A model generated the notes under the pieces. That model ran no database searches and was not told where the DNA came from. It saw only the letters and a list, made by a program, of their open reading frames with translations. This document shows positions 7,432-17,640 of a stretch of DNA of 64,000 nt, one piece after another. Each line of letters starts with the position of its first letter. Within the stretch, counting starts at the first letter, position 1. The stretch spans positions 800,001 to 864,000 of the forward strand of contig OY762911.1 of NCBI GenBank assembly GCA_963666565.1, read 5' to 3'. The translations under genes and the position numbers were made by a program. The DNA comes from Thermoanaerobaculia bacterium (lineage in GTDB: Bacteria > Acidobacteriota > Thermoanaerobaculia > Multivoradales > Multivoraceae).

Positions 7432-8124
7432 TCAGGGCCAGCGGCCCGGACGGCCGGGCAGATCGAGGGCGGCGTCCAGTTCCCGAAGGAAGCGCGACCG
7501 CGGGATCTCCTCCGCCCCGAGGCGCACCAGGTGCTCGGTGGCCTGCTGGCAGTCGACGAAGGCGTAGCCCCAGTCGCGGAGGCGGCGCACGAGATGGACC
7601 AGGGCGACCTTCGAGGCGTTCGACCGCCGGGAGAACATCGATTCGCCGAAGAAGGCGCCGCCGACGGCGACGCCGTAGAGACCCCCGGCCAGTTCGCCGC
7701 CGGCCAAGCACTCGACCGAGTGGGCGAAGCCCCGGCGGTGCAGGCGCTCGAACGCGTCGATCAGCGGTCCGGTGATCCAGGTGCCCGGCCGGCCCGGACG
7801 GTCCTCGGCGCAGGCCGACATGACCTCCCGGAAGCGCGCGTCCACCGTGACCTCGAAGCGGCCGCGCGCGAGCTCCTTGCGGAGGCTTCGCGACACGCGG
7901 AGCCGCTCCGGATAGAGGACGAGCCTCGGGTCGGGCGAGAACCACAGCATCGGACCGTCGACGCCGAGCAGCGGCCAGGGGAAGATCCCCGCCCGGTACG
8001 CGGCCAGCAGCCGCTCCGGTTCGAGGTCGCCGCCCACGGCCAGCAGGCCGCTCGGATCGGCCAGCTCCGGCGGCGGAAAGTCGAGGCGGCGTTCGTCGAG
8101 CAGGAAGGGGCCCCGCCGGTTCAT
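7432..8124 (-). CDS. aat: Leucyl/phenylalanyl-tRNA-protein transferase
   Basis: GLLAVGGDL, AYRAGIFPW, WFSPDPR, GGLYGV, FFGESMFS, ASKVAL. Confidence 0.95.
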   Translation of the reverse strand: MNRRGPFLLDERRLDFPPPELADPSGLLAVGGDLEPERLLAAYRAGIFPWPLLGVDGPMLWFSPDPRLVLYPERLRVSRSLRKELARGRFEVTVDARFREVMSACAEDRPGRPGTWITGPLIDAFERLHRRGFAHSVECLAGGELAGGLYGVAVGGAFFGESMFSRRSNASKVALVHLVRRLRDWGYAFVDCQQATEHLVRLGAEEIPRSRFLRELDAALDLPGRPGRWP

Positions 8125-8252
8125 CGCCGGCAGGTTACTCGCTCGGAAGCCGCCCGCCGGCTTCTCGCAGCGTCGCGCGCTCGGCGCCGCCATCGTGTGG
8201 CGCCCAGCCGCCGGCGGACGCGGACGGCGGTCCGGTCCATCGGCGGCGCGGC

Positions 8253-9317
<1,065 letters not shown>

Positions 9318-9338
9318 CGGTCGCGCCTCCCGGATGCC

Positions 9339-10523
9339 TCAGACGCCGGCGCCGAAGTTGGCGGCGAGGACGGCCAGATCGTCGCCGTCGACCTCGCCGC
9401 TGCCGTCGAGGTCGGCGTCGGCGTCATAGCGGCGCGACGTCTCGCCGGCGCCGAAGGCCAGGCCGAGAAGGACCAGGTCGGCGCCGGTCACCCGGCCGTC
9501 CCCGTCGACGTCGCCCCGCGGAATGACGGCGCCTTCCACCTGGAACCGGCCCAGCAGCCGGTCGTAGACGTTGCCGTTCGCGTCGCCGGCGCGGACGGTC
9601 AGCGTCACCACGCCGCTGAGAGGGACGGGCGGTTCGTAGTCCCATCGGAGGGTCCGCCCGTCGTCGCCGGCGGCCGGCGCGGGCGCCGGCGATCCGTCCA
9701 CCAGGAGCGCCGCCGACTCCGCGGCGACGTCGCTGCCGAAGTCCCGCATCTCCACTTCGATCACGCTGTCGGCCGGGACCTCGCGCGCGCCGTGCGCTGG
9801 CACGAGCCGGGTCGGCACCGGCGGGGCCGTGTCCGTCCCGAGAAGGGCATCGGCAAAGACGTTCGCCAGCAGGTCGTAACCCGGGCCGTTCGGGTGCCCC
9901 ACCGGATCCTCCTCGCCCGCGTAGTAGAAGCCCGGGAACAGCCTCGCCTGGGTGCTGAACTCCTCGAACGGATCGACCAGACCGCGGCCCCGACTCGCGG
10001 CCAGCCGCCGGACGCCCTGCGCGAGGTCCTGGTTCTCCACGTTGTTCGGGTCGAAGCGGGCGTTGCGCAGCCGGGGAATCAGCGTCGCGTGGTACGGCGC
10101 GCGGCCGGCGGCGGCGGCCCGGGATGCCATCGCGTCCAGGTTGAAAAGGGTCGTTTCGGCCGAGATGCCGCGGCTGATGTCGTTCGTTCCCTCCATCAGC
10201 AGCAGGCAGTCGCCCGGCTCGGCGATCACGTCGTCGATGCGGGCGAGCCCCTCGGGCGTCCGCTCGCCGCCGACGCCGCGGTTGTCGACGACGAGGCCGG
10301 GCACGAGGGCCTCCAGGCGCGGCGGGTAGCCAGCCTCGTCCCGTCCGGGATCGTCGCCGACGCCCGCCGTAACACTGTCGCCGAACGCCTTGCAGCGAGT
10401 CGGCGTCTGCGCCGCGGCGCCGGCACCAAAGCCCCATGCCAGCGCGGCGGCGAGCGCCGCGGCGGCGAGCCGGAGCGCCCGCGGTTCGGTTCCGTAGTTC
10501 CCGGAAAAGGAGTTGCCGGCCAA
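9339..10523 (-). CDS. Secreted SGNH/GDSL hydrolase with Ig-like and dockerin-like domains; start uncertain
   Basis: FGDSVT, NRGVGGE, MEGTND, DPVGHPN blocks; C-terminal GDVDGDGRVTGAD...ADLDGSGEVDGDD repeat. Confidence 0.8.
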   Translation of the reverse strand: MAGNSFSGNYGTEPRALRLAAAALAAALAWGFGAGAAAQTPTRCKAFGDSVTAGVGDDPGRDEAGYPPRLEALVPGLVVDNRGVGGERTPEGLARIDDVIAEPGDCLLLMEGTNDISRGISAETTLFNLDAMASRAAAAGRAPYHATLIPRLRNARFDPNNVENQDLAQGVRRLAASRGRGLVDPFEEFSTQARLFPGFYYAGEEDPVGHPNGPGYDLLANVFADALLGTDTAPPVPTRLVPAHGAREVPADSVIEVEMRDFGSDVAAESAALLVDGSPAPAPAAGDDGRTLRWDYEPPVPLSGVVTLTVRAGDANGNVYDRLLGRFQVEGAVIPRGDVDGDGRVTGADLVLLGLAFGAGETSRRYDADADLDGSGEVDGDDLAVLAANFGAGV

Positions 10524-10680
10524 TGGGCGGCCATCCTACAGAGCGTCGCGTTCGGACCGGTTCAGGGGTTCCGTCTTCTCCACTTATGTGCTATTGTGCA
10601 TGTTTGCAATATCCCCTCGGCTTCCCTGGCCCTCGGTTTCCCTGCACTGCGCTCCCGCGCCATTGGAAGAGGAGAACGAA

Positions 10681-12027
10681 ATGATGAGGCAAGCGTGCGG
10701 TCTGGTTCTCGCGGCGGCGCTGGCGGTTCCCGCCGCTCTATCGGCGCAGGGAACGTCCTACGTCCTGATCGGCGACACGGACGAAGGAAGGGAGGTCCTG
10801 CTCAGCGTCCACAACCCCACGGGCCAGAGCCAGAGCTTCGAGATCCTCGCGATCGCCGCCGGCAGCGCCGGGATCCAGCGCTCGACGCCGCCTTCCCGCG
10901 TACACGTTCCGGCCGGCCGCACCATCGTCTACTCGGACCTCGCGCAGGGCGGGCCGTCCATGCTGGAGGTGACGACCCACGGCCAGCTCACGTTCCAGGC
11001 CTACCTGAAGCCCCTGGACTCCCGCGGCAGGCGGGTCGGCCTGCGCGAGCAGGTCCCGATCGTCGACTCGAGCAGCCTGATCCGCGGCGGCTCCTGGGCC
11101 TACGTCAGCGGCCTGCGGCGCGACTCCCACGACCGTTCGGACTACGCGATCCTGAATCTCGCCCACCGGACCAACCGCTGCGAGCATCGCGTCCGCAGCC
11201 ACGAGGGCCATTGGGCGCGGGAGTCGACCGTGCTGAACCACCCGCCGCTCTCGCTGACCTACGTGGCCGACGTGCTGGCGGTGGTCGGCGTCGACCTGGG
11301 CGACCGCTACACGATCTCGACCAACTGCCCGGACAGCTTCTACGTCGCCGCGGTGGTAACGGACCGCTCGGAGAACCGGACGACCGTGCTGCAACCTTCG
11401 CAGAGCGGCGTCTCGAGCCTGACGCCGCCCGGCTACGGCGAGCCGCCGCCCACGCCGGACCCGGGAACGCCGGATCCGCCGCCCTGCCCCAGCGGCTGGA
11501 CCTGTCTCGATCTCGCCCGCACGAACCACACCGTCAAGCGGAACGACCTCCAGTACATCGCCCGGAAGAACCTGCCAGCCGGCGCCTACCGCGCGGTGGA
11601 ACTGGAGTTCGATCTGCGGACCGCCGGGATCGACCCGGCCGGCGCCCAGATCTTCTGGCTCGGAATCAACCGCCACCGGGACCTGCTCGGCTTCACCGTT
11701 CAGCGCCGGAGCGACCTGTTCGTCCGCCACGGCCTGGGCATCACGCACTCCGAGAAGGCCCGGCTCGTCCTGCCGCGCTCGCTCAGGCAGAACCAGAAGT
11801 ACCGGCTGCGCTACAGCTACACGGCCGGCGGCGAGGTGTCGCTGTGCGTCACGGAAAACCAGGGAACGCCGTTCTGCTCCTACGGCACGGCGAACGTCGA
11901 CTCGCTCGACTTCACCGCCTCCGACCAGATCCTGCTCGTGATGGGCAGCGACGGCACGGAGGAGATCGAACCGCCGCAGTGGGACTGGGCCTACAGCAAC
12001 ATCCAGCTCCGCGTTCGGAAGAACTGA
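10681..12027 (+). CDS. Secreted hypothetical protein, two domains joined by a Pro-rich linker
   Basis: GAGGAG RBS, signal peptide, PPPTPDPGTPDPPP linker, strong GC3 codon bias. Confidence 0.75.
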   Translation: MMRQACGLVLAAALAVPAALSAQGTSYVLIGDTDEGREVLLSVHNPTGQSQSFEILAIAAGSAGIQRSTPPSRVHVPAGRTIVYSDLAQGGPSMLEVTTHGQLTFQAYLKPLDSRGRRVGLREQVPIVDSSSLIRGGSWAYVSGLRRDSHDRSDYAILNLAHRTNRCEHRVRSHEGHWARESTVLNHPPLSLTYVADVLAVVGVDLGDRYTISTNCPDSFYVAAVVTDRSENRTTVLQPSQSGVSSLTPPGYGEPPPTPDPGTPDPPPCPSGWTCLDLARTNHTVKRNDLQYIARKNLPAGAYRAVELEFDLRTAGIDPAGAQIFWLGINRHRDLLGFTVQRRSDLFVRHGLGITHSEKARLVLPRSLRQNQKYRLRYSYTAGGEVSLCVTENQGTPFCSYGTANVDSLDFTASDQILLVMGSDGTEEIEPPQWDWAYSNIQLRVRKN

Positions 12028-12054
12028 AACGACCGGACGCCCGGGCCTGATCGC

Positions 12055-12666
12055 CTACCGCCGGATCCCCGCCTCCCGAATCTCGACCTCGAAGACCTGG
12101 AGACCGAGTTCCCGCCGGTCCTGCGAATCGGACAGGTGTTCGGCCGGAACGAAGGCGCGATCCGTGGCAAGCGTCAGCTCGAACACTTCGCCGTGTCCGG
12201 GAATCCCGGCCGGAAGCGGTAGCGCACGCCTCTGGCGGCCGGGAGCATCCGCCACGAAGGTCTCGAGCACCTCGTCGCCGACACTGACGGTGACCGTTCG
12301 CGGCCGGTCCCGGAAGAGGCCGGCTTGGCTGTCGTAGTCGATGTGGACCGTCGCCTCGACGCCGAGGTTGGGCGCCAGGACGCTGGCGGCCTGACCAGAC
12401 CATCTCCATGCCGCGTCGGACGTCCTTTCCTCCGCATGCCAACCCTCGAGGTAGCGCACGGGAAACTCCAGCAGGCGCTTGTCCGGCATGGTCACCAGCC
12501 AGCCGTCGTGTTCGACGAAGATCGCCGGCTCCTCGAGGAACGGCTCTTCCTCGCTCGCCGAACGTGGCCGGAGCCCCAGCCTGATCAACTCCCGGACCGC
12601 GACCGCGGAAACCGCCGAGGCTCCGAGGCCGGCCAGAAAAGCTCTCCGTGAGAAGCGATCCCTCAT
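12055..12666 (-). CDS. Tat-signal hypothetical protein with a C-terminal beta-sandwich
   Basis: FSRRAFLAGLG twin-arginine motif; GWHAEE...WRWS...DRRELGL motif. Confidence 0.7.
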   Translation of the reverse strand: MRDRFSRRAFLAGLGASAVSAVAVRELIRLGLRPRSASEEEPFLEEPAIFVEHDGWLVTMPDKRLLEFPVRYLEGWHAEERTSDAAWRWSGQAASVLAPNLGVEATVHIDYDSQAGLFRDRPRTVTVSVGDEVLETFVADAPGRQRRALPLPAGIPGHGEVFELTLATDRAFVPAEHLSDSQDRRELGLQVFEVEIREAGIRR

Positions 12667-12679
12667 GACCACGCCGTCA

Positions 12680-14083
12680 TCATCGCCCTGACGCGATGGT
12701 ATCCGCCAGTCGCAACGCCAGCGCCACGATCGTCAGCGTCGGATTCGCGTACCCGCCGGAAGGAAAGACCGAGGAGCCGGCCACGAACAGGTTCCGGTAG
12801 CCGTGGACCCGACAGTCCCGGTCGACTACGGAATCCGATGGCGTCGCGCCCATCCGCGTCGTTCCCATGAGGTGGCCGCCGCCCGAGACGCCCCGACGGA
12901 GCCTCTCGCTGTCGATCCGCACTCGACCCTTGCCGGTCTCGATCAACGATCGCGCGAGATGCCGCAAGGTCCTTTCGATGCTGAGCAGGTCGTCGGCGCC
13001 GACGAGGCAGTTCACACTCGGCCGATAGAGCCCCGCCCGGTTGCGCTCGCGGGTCAGAAAGACCCGGTTGCTGGGGGCCGGCAACATCTCGCCCCGGACT
13101 TCCGTTCCGTAGTGGAAGAAGGGCTTCCCGTACTTCCAGGACAGGTACTCGACCATCGGGTCATCAGTGGACTTGGAGTAGGACACGACGCTGCATCCCA
13201 GCAGTCCGTGGGCCGCGGCGTGCTCGTCGTCCGCCACGAACGCGTGACGCGCGCGCCCAAACTCTTCCGATGCCCGCCGCTTATAGAGGTCTTCGTCGAG
13301 CACCAGCTCGACAGTACGTCTCAGATGCGGATGCTCCATCAGGAATCTCCCGACGAGCCCGCTCTCGCTGCCGACCGGAACGCCGCCGTCCGGACGCGGC
13401 TGAAGAAGCAGCATCGGGTTGCCGATGCCGCCCGCGGCGAGAACGACCGACTGTCCCGGCTGGATCGCGAGTTGCAGCCTCGCGTCACCCTCATGACGAA
13501 GGCAGGTCAGGCCGCTAACCGCCGACCGTCCCATGTCGGCGTCGAGCGAGAGAACGGATGTCGAGAGCGCAACGTGAATGGTCGGGGAGTCTCGCAGCAG
13601 ATCGAGATATCTGGCGCCAAATCGGGTCGGGCGCAGCCGCGAGTACGGCCTGTAGAGGAACCCGGGAATCCAGGGCTTCTCGGGGTCGAGAATCGAAGGG
13701 CTCCGGTCCAGAATCGGAGCGGCGCGCCGGTAGTAGGGAACCAGCTCCGACCTGGCGATCGGCCAGCGGACGCCGGCGGCAGGGTTGTTGAAGTCCCTCT
13801 CCATCAGGCTCGCGCACCAGCCGCTCCAGACTTGCGAAGTGCCGCCGAGCCCACGAATCGAATGCCGGTCCCACCAGCCGTCACGGAAATGGCCGGTGTT
13901 CCGGGCATTCGGCATGGTCCTGCGCTCCCTGTCGTCGTTCCCCGATTCGAAGAGCAGAACCTTCCGGTTCGCCTCGGCGAGGGTCACGGCCGTCGTGATT
14001 CCCGCCGGCCCGGAACCGATGACGAAGCAGTCGTAGGAGGAGGGGTCCGGAAAGGAGCCGCCCGAAGCGATGAACACGGCCAT
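12680..14083 (-). CDS. GMC-family FAD oxidoreductase
   Basis: VIGSGPAG, GLGGTS, LAAGGIGNP, VGRFLMEH, HLMGTTRMG, GYANPTLTIVALALRLA. Confidence 0.92.
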   Translation of the reverse strand: MAVFIASGGSFPDPSSYDCFVIGSGPAGITTAVTLAEANRKVLLFESGNDDRERRTMPNARNTGHFRDGWWDRHSIRGLGGTSQVWSGWCASLMERDFNNPAAGVRWPIARSELVPYYRRAAPILDRSPSILDPEKPWIPGFLYRPYSRLRPTRFGARYLDLLRDSPTIHVALSTSVLSLDADMGRSAVSGLTCLRHEGDARLQLAIQPGQSVVLAAGGIGNPMLLLQPRPDGGVPVGSESGLVGRFLMEHPHLRRTVELVLDEDLYKRRASEEFGRARHAFVADDEHAAAHGLLGCSVVSYSKSTDDPMVEYLSWKYGKPFFHYGTEVRGEMLPAPSNRVFLTRERNRAGLYRPSVNCLVGADDLLSIERTLRHLARSLIETGKGRVRIDSERLRRGVSGGGHLMGTTRMGATPSDSVVDRDCRVHGYRNLFVAGSSVFPSGGYANPTLTIVALALRLADTIASGR

Positions 14084-14094
14084 AATGTATCCGC

Positions 14095-15564
14095 ATGAAG
14101 CCGCACCGCGCCGGAAACCGACTGGCCGCGGCGATCCTCGCAGCAGGCCTGTGGACGGCCTGCGCCGAGGCGCCGCCGGTGCACCGCGGGCCCATCGTGC
14201 TGATCACGATCGACGCGCTGCGCGCCGACCTGGCCGGCACCGGCCTGATGCCGCACCTGGACCGGCTGGCGGCCGAGGCCGACTGGGCGGGCACGGCGAT
14301 CGCGTCGTCGAGCTGGACGGTGCCGTCCATGGCGTCCCTGTTCACCGGCCGGCAGCCGTGGCGGCACGGCGGCTGGCACGGCGCCCGCGCCCGCCTGCGC
14401 GACGATCTGCCGACCCTGCCGGAGATCCTGCGCGAACTCGGCTACGAGAACGCGGCCTTCCGCTCGAACCCCTGGCTCGCCAAGGACTTCGGCTACGTCC
14501 GCGGCTTCGACCGCTTCGGACCGGTGAGCCGGATGGAACGGGTGACGGAGGTTCTCTCGACGCTCGACGGCGGACCGCAGTTCGTGTGGATGCACGTCCT
14601 GCCGCCGCACGCGCCCTACCGCCGCCACGACCCGTATCTCGAGCGCCTGGAGGCGCCGCGGGACGACCTGCCGGAACGGATCGCCTCGATCGACATGCGG
14701 CCTTTCGCGGACCCGGACCGGCCCCTCGACGCCGACTTCCGGGAAACGGCCTGGCAGCTCTACCAACTGACCGCGGCGCAGGCGGACAGCGAGGTCGGGC
14801 AGATGCTGGAAGCGCTGCGCGCCAGCGGCCGCTTCGACGACGCCCTGATCGCCGTTACCTCCGACCACGGCGAGGAGTTCGGCGAGAACGGCCAGGTCCT
14901 GCACGGCAACAACCTTCACCGGGTGCTGATCGAGGTGCCGCTGATCGTCAAGCTGCCGGCCGGCTGGCCGCGCGCGCTCGACCCGGGACCGACGGTGGCC
15001 AACCGCCGCCTGTTCTCGACCCTGATCGAGGCCGCCGGCGGCACGCCGCCTCCGGCCAGTCCGCCGAGCCTGTTCGAGCGCAGCGGCGAGGGCGCTTTGT
15101 CCGAGCTCTACCTGGGCAACGGCGTGAACCGCCTGTCCCTGGTGGAGGGCGACCGGCAGTTGCTTTGGACGAGCCGCTTCGCGCCGGCCGAGGAGCGCTA
15201 CCACGACGCGATGCTGACGCTCGCCGGCGGCGAGCCGGAGACGCCGCTGCCGGAGGCGCCGGAGGAAATGACGGCCCGGCTGGAACGGGAGTTCGAGACC
15301 GCGCCGCCGCTGATGGGGGCGCCCGGAACCCGGCCCGCGCTCCAGGCCTTCGAGTGGATGGCCGGCGGCGCGGTCGAGCCAGTCGCCGGAGAGGACCGCT
15401 TCGCGCGCCGCCTGCAGGACCGCTGGCGGGCGGAGAACGGTCCCGACCGGGCCGCCGTTCTCGCCGAGCGCGGCGAGCCTGACATCGGTCCGGAGGAGAT
15501 GGAACGGCTCCGCGCGCTGGGCTACGTGGTGACGTCGCGGAAGCCGCGTGCGGAAGGCGAGTAG
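14095..15564 (+). CDS. Sulfatase-like / alkaline-phosphatase-superfamily lipoprotein
   Basis: LITIDALRAD, SSWTVPSMASLFTG, PHAPY, TSDHGEEFGE, C-terminal LRALGY. Confidence 0.85.
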   Translation: MKPHRAGNRLAAAILAAGLWTACAEAPPVHRGPIVLITIDALRADLAGTGLMPHLDRLAAEADWAGTAIASSSWTVPSMASLFTGRQPWRHGGWHGARARLRDDLPTLPEILRELGYENAAFRSNPWLAKDFGYVRGFDRFGPVSRMERVTEVLSTLDGGPQFVWMHVLPPHAPYRRHDPYLERLEAPRDDLPERIASIDMRPFADPDRPLDADFRETAWQLYQLTAAQADSEVGQMLEALRASGRFDDALIAVTSDHGEEFGENGQVLHGNNLHRVLIEVPLIVKLPAGWPRALDPGPTVANRRLFSTLIEAAGGTPPPASPPSLFERSGEGALSELYLGNGVNRLSLVEGDRQLLWTSRFAPAEERYHDAMLTLAGGEPETPLPEAPEEMTARLEREFETAPPLMGAPGTRPALQAFEWMAGGAVEPVAGEDRFARRLQDRWRAENGPDRAAVLAERGEPDIGPEEMERLRALGYVVTSRKPRAEGE

Positions 15565-15585
15565 CCGGCGCCGCCTTCGGCGGCA

Positions 15586-15710
15586 GCGGGTCGGAAGACC
15601 CGCGCACCCGGCGGGTCGGAAGACCCGCGCACCCGGCGGGTCGGAGGACCCGCGCACCCGGCGGGTCGGAAGACCCGCGCACCCAGCGGGTCGGAAGACC
15701 CGCGCACCCG
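15586..15710. repeat. Five tandem 25-bp REP-like units
   Basis: (GCGGGTCGGA(A/G)GACCCGCGCACCC(G/A))x5 between convergent genes. Confidence 0.95.
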
Positions 15711-15722
15711 GCGACCCGGCGA

Positions 15723-16466
15723 CTACAGCCGCGGCTTGCGGGCGGGCCGCAGCCGGAGGTCACAGACCTCGGCCGACGGCGGCAGCGCGGCGGCGTCGAT
15801 GATCGCGGCCGCCACGTCGGCGGGGTCGAGGAAGCGCTCCGCGTCGTAACGCTGGCCGAAGGCGCGGCAGACCTCCCGTTGCATCCGACCGCGGGTCCGT
15901 CCGGGATAGACGCTCAGCACGCGGACGCCGTCGTCGTTCACTTCGGCGCGCAGACCCTCGGCGATCGCCCGCAGCGCGTGCTTGCTCGCGGCATAGGCCG
16001 CGCTTCCTGCGACGGCGCCGAGGCCCGCCGTCGAGTTGACGAAGACGACCAGGCCGCCTCGGGCGCGGAGGCCCGGCAGCAGGCGCCGGGTCAGAAGGTA
16101 CGGCGCGCGGACGTTGACGGCGAACTGAAGGTCGAGATCGCCGACAGGCGCCGATTCGACCGGGCCCGCACGGAAGGCGCCGGCCGCGTGGACCAGCACG
16201 TCGACACCGTCGCCGAGTTCCGCCGCGGCCGCGCCGGCCGCCTCGGCCGCCTCGGCCGCCGCCTGCCCGGCGAGATCCCCGGCAACCGGGCGGACCCTCG
16301 CGCCGCCCGCCTCGAGTTCGCCCGCCAGCGCCCGCAGCCGCGCCTCGTCCCGGCCCAGGAGCAGGAGGCACGCTCCCTCGCCGGCCAGCGACCGGGCGAC
16401 CGCCCCGCCGATCGCGCCGGTTGCGCCCGCCACCACCGCCACGCGGTCGGCAAACCTGGCCCCCAT
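15723..16466 (-). CDS. Short-chain dehydrogenase/reductase
   Basis: AGATGAIG, HAAG, YAASK catalytic motif, VYPG. Confidence 0.9.
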   Translation of the reverse strand: MGARFADRVAVVAGATGAIGGAVARSLAGEGACLLLLGRDEARLRALAGELEAGGARVRPVAGDLAGQAAAEAAEAAGAAAAELGDGVDVLVHAAGAFRAGPVESAPVGDLDLQFAVNVRAPYLLTRRLLPGLRARGGLVVFVNSTAGLGAVAGSAAYAASKHALRAIAEGLRAEVNDDGVRVLSVYPGRTRGRMQREVCRAFGQRYDAERFLDPADVAAAIIDAAALPPSAEVCDLRLRPARKPRL

Positions 16467-16578
16467 GTCACCCCCGGATCCGTAGCGGGGGCGCGAAGGC
16501 GCCGTTGCGGCGGGACGCACGGATGGAGACACGAAGGCCGGACACGCGCGGAGCTTACCGGGCGCTAAGCTGAGGCCG

Positions 16579-17640
16579 ATGCCGGGGCCGCTTCGCCTGA
16601 CGCTGACGATCCTCGCCTTGGCCGGGGCCTCCGCGACCGCTCTCGCGGCCGGGGGGATCGCCGCCTACCGCGGGTCGGAGTGGGCCTACGTGCAGGCATC
16701 GTCCGAGCGGCCGGTCCTGTGGCTGGGAACCGGACGCTCCGTGGATCTGCCGGCCGCCGCCGGGACGGCCGCCGCGATCCGCTACGACGACCTGGTCCTG
16801 CTCGGCCGGCAGCCCGAAGGCGGCCCGGAATGGGCGGCGGCGGGCGTCGCCGTCCACCGCGACGGACCGCGGCTGCTGCTGGTTGCCGGGCGCGGCGGGG
16901 ACGCGACCGTCCTGCCGCCGCCGGAGCGCGACCGCCCGGCGGCCCTGCTCGCCTCGGCGCGCTGGCTGGCGCGCGGCGGCCCCGAACCGCTGCGCGGCCT
17001 GGCCTGGCTAGAGGCGAACCGTCCCCGCGGCCAGGAAGTCTGGCTGGCGCCCCGGCGCGGCGGCGCCTTCGAGCCCGCCGTCCGACTGGTCGCGGACGGT
17101 CCCGGTTCCCAGACCGCCCTGGACGCGGCGGTGCTGGCCGACGGCGCCTGGCTGCTCGTCTGGTGCGCCTTCGACGGCGAGGACGACGAACTCGTCTGGC
17201 GGCACGGTCGGCCCGGAGGCGACTGGACCGGCGGCCGCGTCTCGCCCGACAACCGCGTGCCCGACATCGCGCCGCGGCTGCTCGTCACGCGGGAGGGCGC
17301 CGCGGTCGCCTGGAGCCGCTACGACGGCCGCGTCTACCGGGTGCGAACGGCGCGCTTCGAGGACGGGCGCTGGAGCGGCGAAGGCTGGGCCGGACCCCCC
17401 GATTCGCTCTACCCCGAATGGGCGGGCGCCGGCGATGCGCTGCTGTACCTCGAAGGCGCGACCCGGACCTGGACCGCCGCGGGGCCGGAGGCGACGGTGC
17501 GCTTCGAGACGGCGACCTCCGCAACGTCGGCGACGCCCGTTATCGACCGCGACCCGGCGTCGGGTCTCCCGCGCGCGCTCTGGCCCGAAGCGTCCGGCTG
17601 GCGAGCCGTGACCGGACGCGAGCCCGGAGTTCGACCGTGA
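16579..17640 (+). CDS. Secreted hypothetical protein (possible beta-propeller)
   Basis: Signal peptide; repeated LVW/VAW strand motifs; stop overlaps the next start. Confidence 0.65.
   Translation: MPGPLRLTLTILALAGASATALAAGGIAAYRGSEWAYVQASSERPVLWLGTGRSVDLPAAAGTAAAIRYDDLVLLGRQPEGGPEWAAAGVAVHRDGPRLLLVAGRGGDATVLPPPERDRPAALLASARWLARGGPEPLRGLAWLEANRPRGQEVWLAPRRGGAFEPAVRLVADGPGSQTALDAAVLADGAWLLVWCAFDGEDDELVWRHGRPGGDWTGGRVSPDNRVPDIAPRLLVTREGAAVAWSRYDGRVYRVRTARFEDGRWSGEGWAGPPDSLYPEWAGAGDALLYLEGATRTWTAAGPEATVRFETATSATSATPVIDRDPASGLPRALWPEASGWRAVTGREPGVRP

Noticed and set aside
15586-15710. Possible CRISPR array (regular palindromic repeats)
   Set aside because: Units are head-to-tail 25-mers with no unique spacers, there are no cas genes, and the same unit is dispersed as REPs.
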